Assembly: GCA_963769905.1 (NCBI GenBank)
Contig: CAVYNG010000002.1
Coordinates: forward strand, 772,040-836,039
DNA length: 64,000 nucleotides
Reading direction: 5' to 3'
Source: an uncultured Acidimicrobiaceae bacterium
Lineage (GTDB): Bacteria; Actinomycetota; Acidimicrobiia; Acidimicrobiales; RAAP-2
The notes beneath the pieces are model-generated. The model saw only the letters and a list, made by a program, of their open reading frames with translations. It had not been told where the DNA came from and did not search any database. Shown here piece after piece: positions 28,478-36,443 of this stretch (position 1 is its first letter; each line of letters starts with the position of its first letter). A program made the position numbers and the translations under genes.

Positions 28478-30088
28478 ATGCTGTTACAGTCGGCAGCCGA
28501 TATGACGGACCGTCAGATTTCCGGTGCGTTCGAGACGGTCGTCGACTTGTTCGGCGCGGCCGCGTCGGAGCACCGCGACGTCGAGGCCTACGTGGAGCCG
28601 GCGAGCTCGGGGACTCAGCGCCGCGCGGTGACCTTCGGCGAGTGGGACCGGGCCACCGAAGGCGTGGCCGGGCTCTTCGCCTCGCGTGGTGTAACCCGCG
28701 GTTCGGTGGTCTGTCTCCTTCTCCCGAGCTCGATCGACTACATGGTCTGCTACGTGGCCGCGCTGCGGCTCGGCGCGATCACCTCGGGGATCAACCTGCG
28801 CCTGGGCGCGGAAGAGCGCCGTTCGATCCTGATACGGACCGGACCGGTGCTGACCGTCGTAGAGGACGGCGTCACCCCTCCGGCCGGGGCCCGGTCGGTG
28901 GTCACCCGCTCCGAGACCCTCGCCGCATGGTCGGGTACTCCACCCGGCACGAACGCCGGGCTCGAGGCCTCCGATCCGGTCGCCGTGGTCTGGACGAGCG
29001 GCACGTCGGGTCTTCCGAAGGGTGCGGTCTTCGATCACCTGTCGCTGCGCGCGGTCGCCGACGGCACCGACGCCTTGTCGGCACCGGGGGACCGGCGCCT
29101 CTCGCCGCTGCCCTTCGCGCACGTGGGTTCGATGACCCGGCTGTGGGACGAGTTGGCGAAGGGCGTCACCACGGTGATCACGCCGACCCCGTGGAAAGCC
29201 GCGGAGGCGATCGAGGTGATGGACCACGAACGGATCACCGTGGCCCAGGGTGTGCCGACCCAGTGGGCACTCGTACTCGCCCATCCCGATTTCGAGCGTG
29301 CCGACCTGTCCTCCCTTCGGCTCGCGGGAACCGGCGCGTCACGGGTCCCGCCCGAGCTGGTGGCCGAGATGCGGGCGCGGCTCGGCGTGCCGGTCGTGGT
29401 CCGCTACACCTCGACCGAGGCATCGCTCGGCACCGGGACCTCGCCCGGGGATCCCGACCAGGCGGTCGCGACCACGGTCGGCCGTCCGGTCGCCGGGGTT
29501 TCACTCGAGGTCGTCGACGAGTCCGGTGTTCCCGTTGCAGACGGGGACGTGGGACGCGTCCGTCTTCGGTCCCCCGCGGTCATGAAGGGCTACTGGGGAG
29601 GGCCATCGCGGGGACCCGGCGCGGAGAGCGTCGTCTTCGACGACGCCGCGACCGCCGCGGTTCTCTCGTCGGAGGGGTGGCTGACCACCGGTGACTTCGG
29701 CCGCCTCGACGACGACGGCCGGCTCCACCTCGCGGGCCGGGCCAACGAGCTCTACATCCGCGGTGGCTACAACGTGTACCCCGCCGAGGTCGAATCCGTC
29801 CTCACTGCGCACGACCGGATTGAGCAGGCCGCGGTGCTCGGCGCGCCGGATCCGGTGCTCGGCGAGATCGGAGTGGCCTTCGTCGTGCTGACGGGCGGTG
29901 TCCCGCTTCGCGCGGACGAGCTCCTCGCCGAGCTGAGGGAGCTCTGCCGCCGCTCGCTGGCCGACTACAAGGCACCCGACCGGGTGATCGTCGAGCCGGA
30001 GCTCCCACTGACCCCGATGATGAAAGTGGACAAGGCAGCCCTCGCCGAACGGGTGGGCCACGAGAGGAAGGGAGCGCGCGCATCATGA
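28478..30088 (+). CDS. AMP-dependent acyl-CoA synthetase/ligase
   Basis: WTSGTSGLPKGAV, YTSTEASLG, TGDFGRLDDDGRLHLAGRANELY, DYKAPDRV. ATG 28478 or 28502. The upstream part of the ORF overlaps the ADH gene. Confidence 0.87.
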   Translation: MLLQSAADMTDRQISGAFETVVDLFGAAASEHRDVEAYVEPASSGTQRRAVTFGEWDRATEGVAGLFASRGVTRGSVVCLLLPSSIDYMVCYVAALRLGAITSGINLRLGAEERRSILIRTGPVLTVVEDGVTPPAGARSVVTRSETLAAWSGTPPGTNAGLEASDPVAVVWTSGTSGLPKGAVFDHLSLRAVADGTDALSAPGDRRLSPLPFAHVGSMTRLWDELAKGVTTVITPTPWKAAEAIEVMDHERITVAQGVPTQWALVLAHPDFERADLSSLRLAGTGASRVPPELVAEMRARLGVPVVVRYTSTEASLGTGTSPGDPDQAVATTVGRPVAGVSLEVVDESGVPVADGDVGRVRLRSPAVMKGYWGGPSRGPGAESVVFDDAATAAVLSSEGWLTTGDFGRLDDDGRLHLAGRANELYIRGGYNVYPAEVESVLTAHDRIEQAAVLGAPDPVLGEIGVAFVVLTGGVPLRADELLAELRELCRRSLADYKAPDRVIVEPELPLTPMMKVDKAALAERVGHERKGARAS

Positions 30089-30933
30089 GCGGAGGATCCA
30101 CACCGGCATCCGGGGGAACCTCGGACGACCCGATCCGGATCGGGACCTTGCTGTACACCTTGGTCGAGCCCCACCGGGGCCATCAGGTCGCCTACAACCG
30201 TTGGTACGAGCGCGACCACTTCTACGCAGGCTGCATGATCGGCGCATACAACTTCGCGGGCGATCGGTACGTCTCGACAGCTCCCTTGAAGGAGTTGCGG
30301 TACCCCCGGGCCGGTGCCGCGGTCGAGCCGCTCGTGCCGGACCCCCAGCTCGGCAGCTACCTCGCGCTCTACTACGTCCTCGCCGGCCACCACGACGAGT
30401 GGAGCCGGTGGGCGGTCGACCAGGTGAACCTGTTGCACGCTTCGGGTCGCATGTTCACCGAGCGCGACCACATCCACACCTGCCTCTACCGCTTCGAGTG
30501 GGAACACCGGCGAGACGAGGACGGCGTGCCTGCCGAGCTAACCCTCGACCACCGGTTTCCCGGGCTCGTGTCGGTCTTCGTCGACCCTGCCGAGGGTGTC
30601 TCGATCGAGGAGCTCGGCGCCTGGTACCGCGAGGTGCACCTGCCTTCGCTGCTCGCGAGCTCGCCGGTCGCCTCGATCCTCGCGTTCTCCCCGTTGCCGT
30701 TGCTCGGCGGCGCGCCGAGCGACGTGCCGCGCGCCGGCTCGGTCGAGCGACTGCTCCTCCTCTGCTTCCTCGACGAGGAGCCCACCGCGAGCTGGAAGGA
30801 TCTCTTCGCGAAGGAGGGAGAGGCAGTGGTCGAAGCGGGGAAGGGCCAGGTGGTGTGGGCCTCGCCGTTCCTGTCGACCGTCATCGGCACCGACCGCTAC
30901 ACCGACCAGCTCTGGTCGGACGCTGCGCCATGA
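30085..30933 (+). CDS. Conserved hypothetical protein, possibly tandem dimeric alpha/beta-barrel (EthD-like) repeats
   Basis: 282-aa ORF with genome-typical codon usage and ATGA overlaps at both ends (30085/30088 and 30930/30933). There is an internal repeat of a VEPxxG...WYxxxH pattern (LVEPHRGHQVAYNRWYERDH and FVDPAEGVSIEELGAWYREVH). No family recognised with certainty. Confidence 0.6.
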   Translation: MSGGSTPASGGTSDDPIRIGTLLYTLVEPHRGHQVAYNRWYERDHFYAGCMIGAYNFAGDRYVSTAPLKELRYPRAGAAVEPLVPDPQLGSYLALYYVLAGHHDEWSRWAVDQVNLLHASGRMFTERDHIHTCLYRFEWEHRRDEDGVPAELTLDHRFPGLVSVFVDPAEGVSIEELGAWYREVHLPSLLASSPVASILAFSPLPLLGGAPSDVPRAGSVERLLLLCFLDEEPTASWKDLFAKEGEAVVEAGKGQVVWASPFLSTVIGTDRYTDQLWSDAAP

Positions 30934-32543
30934 GCGATTTCGTCGACGAATTGGCGCAGCGGGTCGAAGCGCGCGGCTGGCTCGGCGCGCCGAACTTCTG
31001 GGAGCTCGTCGAACGGCGTGCCGCGGCCACGCCCGAAGCGGTGCTGGCCCACGAGGACACCGGCGCCGAGCTGACCTTCGCCGGTTACCGCGACGCGTGC
31101 CTGCGGGCGGCGGCGGGTCTCCATGCGGACCACGGGGTAGGGGGGGGCACCGCGGTGAGCTGGGAGCTCCCGACCTGGAACGAATCGCTGGTCCTGGTCG
31201 GCGCTCTCGCACGACTCGGGGCGCGCCAGAACCCGATCATTCCCATCTACCGCGGACGCGAGGTGGGCTTCATCACCGAAGAGAGCGGCGCGGCGCTTCT
31301 GGTGGTGCCGACGTCGTTCCGTGGCTTCGACTTCGGAGCGATGGCCGAAGAGATCGCGTCTTCCCGGCCGGGGATGCAGGTACTGGTCGCCGATCGCGCA
31401 CTTCCCGACGCCGACCCTGGAGGCCTCCCGGATCCGGATCCCTTGCCCGCGACTTCCGCCGACGCCCCGATCCGGTGGCTCTTCTACACCTCCGGCACCA
31501 CTGCCGACCCGAAGGGTGCACCGCACACCGACCTCACGGTCATGGCGCCCGCGCTCGCGATGTCCGAGTGCCTCGACATCCGCTCCGACGACGTCTCCGC
31601 CCTCGTCTTTCCCTTCACCCACATCGGCGGGATCGGGTGGCTGCTCGCCGCGCTCATGACCGGGTGCCGATTGCTGACCACCGAGACGTTCGACCCGGTC
31701 GCAACACCCGCATTCCTCGCGGCGAACGGGGTCACGCTCGCCGGCTCGGGCACTCCCTTCCACCGCGCGTATCTCGAGGCGCAGCGGGCGGCGGGCTCCG
31801 AGCCGATCTTCCCGAAGGTGCGCTCCTTCCCGGGAGGTGGCGCGCCGAAGCCGCCGCAGCTCCACTACGACCTCGAGCGGGAAGTGGGCGGCCTCGGGAT
31901 CGTGTCGGGGTACGGGCTGACCGAGGCTCCCATCGTGGTGATGGCGTCGACGACCGACTCCGACGAGAAGCTCGCCGACACAGAGGGCCGCCCGACGCCC
32001 GGAGTGGAGCTCGTCGTCGTTCGTCTCGACGGCGGGAGGGCCGACCCCGGCGAAGAAGGGGAGATCCGGGTCAAGGGGCCACAAGTCATCCGCGGGTACC
32101 TCGATCCGTCGCTCGATGCGGCGGCCTTCGACGGAGATGGCTATTTCCAGACCGGTGACCTCGGCGTGGTCGACGAGGACGGGTACGTCACCATCACCGG
32201 CCGATTGAAGGACGTGATCATCCGTCACGGCGAGAACATCTCCGCCAAAGAGGTGGAGGACCTCCTCTACACCCACCCGGCGATCGCCGACGTCGCGGTG
32301 ATCGGCTTGCCCGACCCGAAAACTGGTGAGCGGGCCTGCGCCGTGGTCGCGGTCAAGGACGGCGAGGCGTTCGACTTCGACGGGATGGTGGCATTCCTCC
32401 GCGACAAGGAATTGCGCGCCCAGGCGATCCCGGAACAGCTCGAGCTAGTGGACACGGTTCCGCGCAACCCGGCCGGCAAGATCCTGAAGACAGCGCTGCG
32501 CGAGCGTTTCGCGACGGCGACGAGCTCAGGGAGACACTCATGA
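30930..32543 (+). CDS. AMP-dependent acyl-CoA synthetase/ligase
   Basis: In-frame part of ORF 30201-32543 from ATG 30930. YTSGTTADPKGAPH, GYGLTEAP, QTGDLGVVDEDGYVTITGRLKDVI, PRNPAGKILKTALR. Confidence 0.88.
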   Translation: MSDFVDELAQRVEARGWLGAPNFWELVERRAAATPEAVLAHEDTGAELTFAGYRDACLRAAAGLHADHGVGGGTAVSWELPTWNESLVLVGALARLGARQNPIIPIYRGREVGFITEESGAALLVVPTSFRGFDFGAMAEEIASSRPGMQVLVADRALPDADPGGLPDPDPLPATSADAPIRWLFYTSGTTADPKGAPHTDLTVMAPALAMSECLDIRSDDVSALVFPFTHIGGIGWLLAALMTGCRLLTTETFDPVATPAFLAANGVTLAGSGTPFHRAYLEAQRAAGSEPIFPKVRSFPGGGAPKPPQLHYDLEREVGGLGIVSGYGLTEAPIVVMASTTDSDEKLADTEGRPTPGVELVVVRLDGGRADPGEEGEIRVKGPQVIRGYLDPSLDAAAFDGDGYFQTGDLGVVDEDGYVTITGRLKDVIIRHGENISAKEVEDLLYTHPAIADVAVIGLPDPKTGERACAVVAVKDGEAFDFDGMVAFLRDKELRAQAIPEQLELVDTVPRNPAGKILKTALRERFATATSSGRHS

Positions 32544-33382
32544 GCCCGATCCGCCGGGTCACGCTCGGTCAGGGAAGCGCGGAGCAAAAGGAGGCCGACG
32601 CCGCCATTCGCTCCTTCACCGGGAGCCGATTCAGCGGCAAGGTCGCCGTCGTCACCGGTGCAGGGTCGGGCATCGGCAGGGCTGTCGCCGATCGGCTCGT
32701 CGCCGAAGGAGGCAAGGTCGCAGCGCTCGACGTCTCGCACGACGCGGTCACCCACGCAACCGAGGCGATCAATTCCGCCGACGGTGCCGGCCGGGGCCGT
32801 GCGGCGGCCTTCGAGTGCGACGTCACGTCGGAGTCCTCGGTGAGCGCCGCGTTCGCGGCGTTGGTCAAGGAGCTCGGACTGCCGACGGTGGTGTGCAACG
32901 TGGCCGGTGTAGGGGGCTTCTACCACGCCGCCGAGATGACCCTCGAGCAGTGGAACCGCATCCTGTCGGTCAACCTCACCGGCCCCTTCCTGGTCTGCCG
33001 GGCGGCGCTCCCGCACCTGCTGGAGCAGGGAGGCTCGATCGTCAACGTCGCGTCCAATACCGCGCTGATGGGGCAGTCCTACTCCGCCGCCTACTGCGCC
33101 TCGAAAGCCGGGCTGCTCATGTTCTCGAAGGCCCTGGCTGCCGAGTACCTGACCAGGGGGATCCGGGTGAACGTGGTCGCTCCGGGTGGTGTCGACACGC
33201 CACTGATCGGCGCGTTTGCTCTCCCTGAGGGCGCGGACGTGAAGGAGCTCGAGAAGATGATGACGCCGCTCGGCTTCTCGACACCCGCAGAGATCGCCGC
33301 CTCGATCGCCTTCATCGCGTCCGACGAGTCCTCCTACACCACCGGCGCGGTCCTCTCGGTCGACGGGGGGCTCACCATCTGA
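32540..33382 (+). CDS. SDR-family oxidoreductase
   Basis: VTGAGSGIGRA, NVAG, YCASKAG. ATGA overlap with the upstream ligase. Confidence 0.9.
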   Translation: MSPIRRVTLGQGSAEQKEADAAIRSFTGSRFSGKVAVVTGAGSGIGRAVADRLVAEGGKVAALDVSHDAVTHATEAINSADGAGRGRAAAFECDVTSESSVSAAFAALVKELGLPTVVCNVAGVGGFYHAAEMTLEQWNRILSVNLTGPFLVCRAALPHLLEQGGSIVNVASNTALMGQSYSAAYCASKAGLLMFSKALAAEYLTRGIRVNVVAPGGVDTPLIGAFALPEGADVKELEKMMTPLGFSTPAEIAASIAFIASDESSYTTGAVLSVDGGLTI

Positions 33383-33440
33383 TCGGTGCCATCAGCCGTG
33401 ACAAGATGGTCCTGCTCCATTTCTTCGACGGGGGATCACC

Positions 33441-34643
33441 ATGTCGCATCCGCTTCCGGTTGAGCACTGGGCCACCGACTTCGATGTGCTCAGTTCCGAG
33501 TACGTTGCCGATCCGTTCACCATTTGGGACCAGCTCCGGGCGACCTGCCCGGTCGCCCACACCGACCGCAGGGGGAGCACCTGGCTCCCGACCCGCTACG
33601 AGGACGTGGTCGCACTCGCCCACGACATCGAGCACTTCAGCTCGCAGAAGATCTCGGTCATCCCGATCCAGGGTGAGTTGCCCGAGGAGCCCGTCCTCGT
33701 CTACGGCCTTCCCCCCATCTCCGCCGACCCGCCGCTTCACACCTGGACGAGGCGGCTCCTGCTTCCGTGGTTCTCCCACCGCCGGGTCGAGTCCTACGAA
33801 CCCATGACGAGGGAGCTCTGCGCGGGTCTGGTGAGCGGGTTTGCGGCCGACGGGGTCGCCGACGCGGCGCATGACTACGCGCAACAGGTTCCGGTGCGGG
33901 TGATCGCGCACATTCTCGGGGTACCGACATCGCTGTCGGACACCTTCACCGGCTGGGTCCGCGACGTCCTCGAATTCGCGGACGTGCCCGAGCGCCGCCA
34001 TCGCGGCGCTGAGGGGCTGATCAACTTCTTCGTCGAGGAGGTCGCGCGCCGCAAGTCCAATCCGGGTGACGACCTCCTGAGCGAGCTGCTGCACAGCGAG
34101 TTCGACGGCAAGCCGGTGCAGGAGAGCATCGTGCTCGGGATCGCGGCCCTCGTCCTCATCGCCGGCGTCGACACGACCTGGAGCGCGATCGGCTCCTCCC
34201 TCTGGCATCTCGCGACATCCCCGGGCGACTGCCATCGGCTGGTGGCCGAACCCGAGCTGATGCCGGTTGCCGTCGAGGAGCTGCTGCGCGCCTACTCGCC
34301 TGTGACGATGGCCAGAGAGGTGACGACCGACATCGTCTTCGAGGGCTGCCCGATGAGAGCAGGTGAGAAGGTCCTCATGAACTTCCCGGCGGCCAATCGA
34401 GATCCGGAGGCCTTTGCCGACGCCGACAAGGTGGTCCTCGACCGCGAGCTCAACCGGCACGTGGCCTTCGGGTCGGGCATCCATCGCTGTGCCGGCTCCA
34501 ATCTCGCCCGCATGGAGCTGCGGGTGGCGCTCGAGGAATGGTTGGCGAAGATCCCGGAGTTCCGCCTGGCGGACGGGGCAGAGGTGACCTGGGCCGGCGG
34601 TCAGGTGCGCGGACCCCGGCAGCTGCCGGTGGCGTTCCCATGA
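33441..34643 (+). CDS. Cytochrome P450
   Basis: Heme-binding loop FGSGIHRCAGSNLA, the ExxR motif in VEELLRAYSP, and I-helix AGVDTT. Confidence 0.93.
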   Translation: MSHPLPVEHWATDFDVLSSEYVADPFTIWDQLRATCPVAHTDRRGSTWLPTRYEDVVALAHDIEHFSSQKISVIPIQGELPEEPVLVYGLPPISADPPLHTWTRRLLLPWFSHRRVESYEPMTRELCAGLVSGFAADGVADAAHDYAQQVPVRVIAHILGVPTSLSDTFTGWVRDVLEFADVPERRHRGAEGLINFFVEEVARRKSNPGDDLLSELLHSEFDGKPVQESIVLGIAALVLIAGVDTTWSAIGSSLWHLATSPGDCHRLVAEPELMPVAVEELLRAYSPVTMAREVTTDIVFEGCPMRAGEKVLMNFPAANRDPEAFADADKVVLDRELNRHVAFGSGIHRCAGSNLARMELRVALEEWLAKIPEFRLADGAEVTWAGGQVRGPRQLPVAFP

Positions 34644-34837
34644 GGATCCGGGTCGATCCCGACAAATGTCAGGGCCACGCACGCTGCTACGGCCTGGTGC
34701 CGGAGCTCTTCGACGTCGACGACTACGGGCTCTCGACGGTTGTCGGCGACGGGACGGTCCCACCCGAGCTCGAGGACAAGGCACGGCTCGCGATCGCCAA
34801 CTGCCCCGAGTACGCCATTGAAGAGCTCCCGGATTGA
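34640..34837 (+). CDS. Small ferredoxin (3Fe-4S/4Fe-4S type, P450 partner)
   Basis: MRIRVDPDKCQGHARCYGLVPELFDVDDYG...AIANCPEYAI. The ATG overlaps the P450 stop (ATGA). Confidence 0.88.
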   Translation: MRIRVDPDKCQGHARCYGLVPELFDVDDYGLSTVVGDGTVPPELEDKARLAIANCPEYAIEELPD

Positions 34838-34878
34838 ATGCGCGCGGCTCGCCTGCCGCGCGTGTTGACCCGATGAAT

Positions 34879-34909
34879 GGGGTGAGCCGGGCAAGCGGGG
34901 TGAGCCGGG
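34879..34909. repeat. Direct repeat GGGGTGAGCCGGG x2 (34879-34891 and 34897-34909), preceded by TTGACC (34865-34870)
   Basis: Read directly, in the 79-bp region upstream of the ureohydrolase gene. Confidence 0.7.
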
Positions 34910-34916
34910 TAGACCG

Positions 34917-35915
34917 ATGCGGAGCCGCTTGAACATGTTCGGTCCCGACACGACCTTCGCCGGTGTGCCCCGCGCGAGCCTCGACGAGCCGGCGAGCCTT
35001 GCTGGCGCACGAGCGGTCATCGTCGGGGCGCCCTTCGACGGCGGCACCGTCCACCGGCCCGGGTGCCGCTTCGGCCCACTCGCCATCCGGCGCACGGACT
35101 ACCTACCCCACAACGGCAAGCGGCCGCACTTGGCCCTCGGTGTCGACCCGCTCGTCGAACTCGGCGTCGTCGACGTGGGCGACGTCGAGATGCCTCCGGG
35201 CGACATCGAGCTATCGATCTCGCGCCTCGAGGAGGTGGTCGCCAGGGTCGCCGCGACCGGCGCGATCCCCGTGGTGCTCGGGGGTGACCACACGATCGCC
35301 CTGCCCGACGTCACCGCCGTGGCGCGTCATGTCGGCTGGGGACGGGTATCGGTCCTCCATTTCGACGCCCATGCGGACACCGCGGACACCCAGTTCGGCT
35401 CGCTCGTCGGTCACGGCACGCCGATGCGCCGCCTGATCGAGTCCGGAGCGGTCCGCGGTGACCGCTTCCTCCAGATCGGGCTGCGCGGGTACTGGCCCGG
35501 GCCCGAGGTGCTCGACTGGATGGCCGAGCAGGGCATGCGCAGCTACGAGATGACCGAGGTCGTCGACCGCGGCCTCGAGGCCTGTCTGAGCGAGGCCTTC
35601 GAGATCGCGACGGACGACTGCGACGCCGTCTTCATGTCGGTCGACGTGGACGTCGTCGATCCGGGCGCCGCGCCAGCCACCGGAACCCCGGAGCCGGGTG
35701 GCCTCAGCGCACGGGAGCTGCTCGACGCAGTGCGCCGGGCGGCGATGGAGCTGCCGCTCGCCGGGATGGACATTGTCGAGATCTCACCACCGTTCGACCA
35801 CGCGGAGATCACTGCGTTTCTGGGCAACCGGATCGCGCTCGAGGCGATGTCCGGGATTGCCTGGCGGGTCGAGCGAAAGCAACGGCGTCCGGAGGAGCCG
35901 CTGCTCGACCGTTGA
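34917..35915 (+). CDS. Agmatinase/arginase-family ureohydrolase
   Basis: Mn-site motifs GGDHTIALP, HFDAHADT and SVDVDVVDPGAAP. Confidence 0.9.
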   Translation: MRSRLNMFGPDTTFAGVPRASLDEPASLAGARAVIVGAPFDGGTVHRPGCRFGPLAIRRTDYLPHNGKRPHLALGVDPLVELGVVDVGDVEMPPGDIELSISRLEEVVARVAATGAIPVVLGGDHTIALPDVTAVARHVGWGRVSVLHFDAHADTADTQFGSLVGHGTPMRRLIESGAVRGDRFLQIGLRGYWPGPEVLDWMAEQGMRSYEMTEVVDRGLEACLSEAFEIATDDCDAVFMSVDVDVVDPGAAPATGTPEPGGLSARELLDAVRRAAMELPLAGMDIVEISPPFDHAEITAFLGNRIALEAMSGIAWRVERKQRRPEEPLLDR

Positions 35916-35953
35916 GGGCTGCTCCAGTGCCGAAGAGGCACGGCGTTTGCTTC

Positions 35954-35983
35954 GAGGCCGAGGCCGAGGCCGAGGCCCAGGCC
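35954..35983. repeat. Hexanucleotide microsatellite (GAGGCC)x4 followed by CAGGCC
   Basis: Read directly. It lies immediately after the ureohydrolase stop. Confidence 0.9.
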
Positions 35984-36011
35984 CATGTCCGGGGAGGGTC
36001 AGTTGGGCTGG

Positions 36012-36117
36012 GGCCGGAGGCGGACTGGGCCGGAGGCGGGGATGGGGCCGGAGGCGGGGATGGGGCCGGAGGCGGGGATGGGGCCGGAGGCGGGGATCTG
36101 GCCAGAGGCGGGCTCGG
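36012..36117. repeat. Tandem repeat: one 16-bp unit plus five 18-bp units (GGCCGGAGGCGGGGATGG consensus; unit starts 36012, 36028, 36046, 36064, 36082, 36100)
   Basis: Read directly. The three central units are identical and the flanking units are degenerate. Confidence 0.9.
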
Positions 36118-36173
36118 GCAATGCCGAGGCCGGGTGATAGGGCGGCCCGGCCGACAAGACTTTCGAGCTCGTC

Positions 36174-36228
36174 ACATCACATGATGTAGGCCTACATCAC
36201 ATGATGTAAAGGTACATCAAGTGATGTA
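36174..36228. promoter_or_regulatory. Array of three 16-bp palindromic boxes TACATCA-NN-TGATGTA with 20-bp centre-to-centre spacing
   Basis: cACATCACATGATGTA (36173-36188), TACATCACATGATGTA (36193-36208) and TACATCAAGTGATGTA (36213-36228). The junction TGATGTAGGCCTACATCA (36182-36199) is itself a perfect 18-bp palindrome. The binding factor is unknown. Confidence 0.6.
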
Positions 36229-36443
36229 ACGACCCGGGAGTCGGTCTCCGTGAGAGCCGCTCGCAGGAACCCGCTCGAAGCAGGAGCCACGCAGCCGCAA
36301 GGCGGGCAATCCGATTCCGGCGATCCGGGCTCAGAGTCCAGCTCAGAGGCAATTATCGAAATAGCCCATAATTTCGCATAAAAGCGCTTCTGGCCCATCG
36401 AGGAGCTGGCGTCACGCCTGGTCGCCGAGCCCGAAGGGCAGTG

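Noticed and set aside
36012-36117. Possible CRISPR array
   Set aside because: The units are contiguous tandem copies without unique spacers. The 18-bp unit is too short, and there are no cas genes in the window.
35698-36189. Plus-strand ORFs 35698-36189 and 35912-36184 encoding GWGRRR or GGDGAG repeats
   Set aside because: They exist only because the 18-bp tandem repeat is a multiple of 3. The first overlaps the ureohydrolase in another frame. The second needs a TTG start inside the ureohydrolase stop region with no RBS. Treated as non-coding repeat DNA.
36181-36209. Mini-ORFs ATG-ATG-TAG and ATG-ATG-TAA inside palindrome boxes 1 and 2
   Set aside because: They are a direct consequence of the TGATGTA half-site sequence. 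No RBS. Considered coincidental.
36192-36398. 68-aa minus-strand ORF in the low-GC intergenic tail
   Set aside because: Third-codon positions are A/T-rich, unlike every confident gene here. There is no Shine-Dalgarno and no recognisable fold, and its end runs into the palindrome array. Kept only as a remote possibility under the sRNA/foreign-DNA finding.
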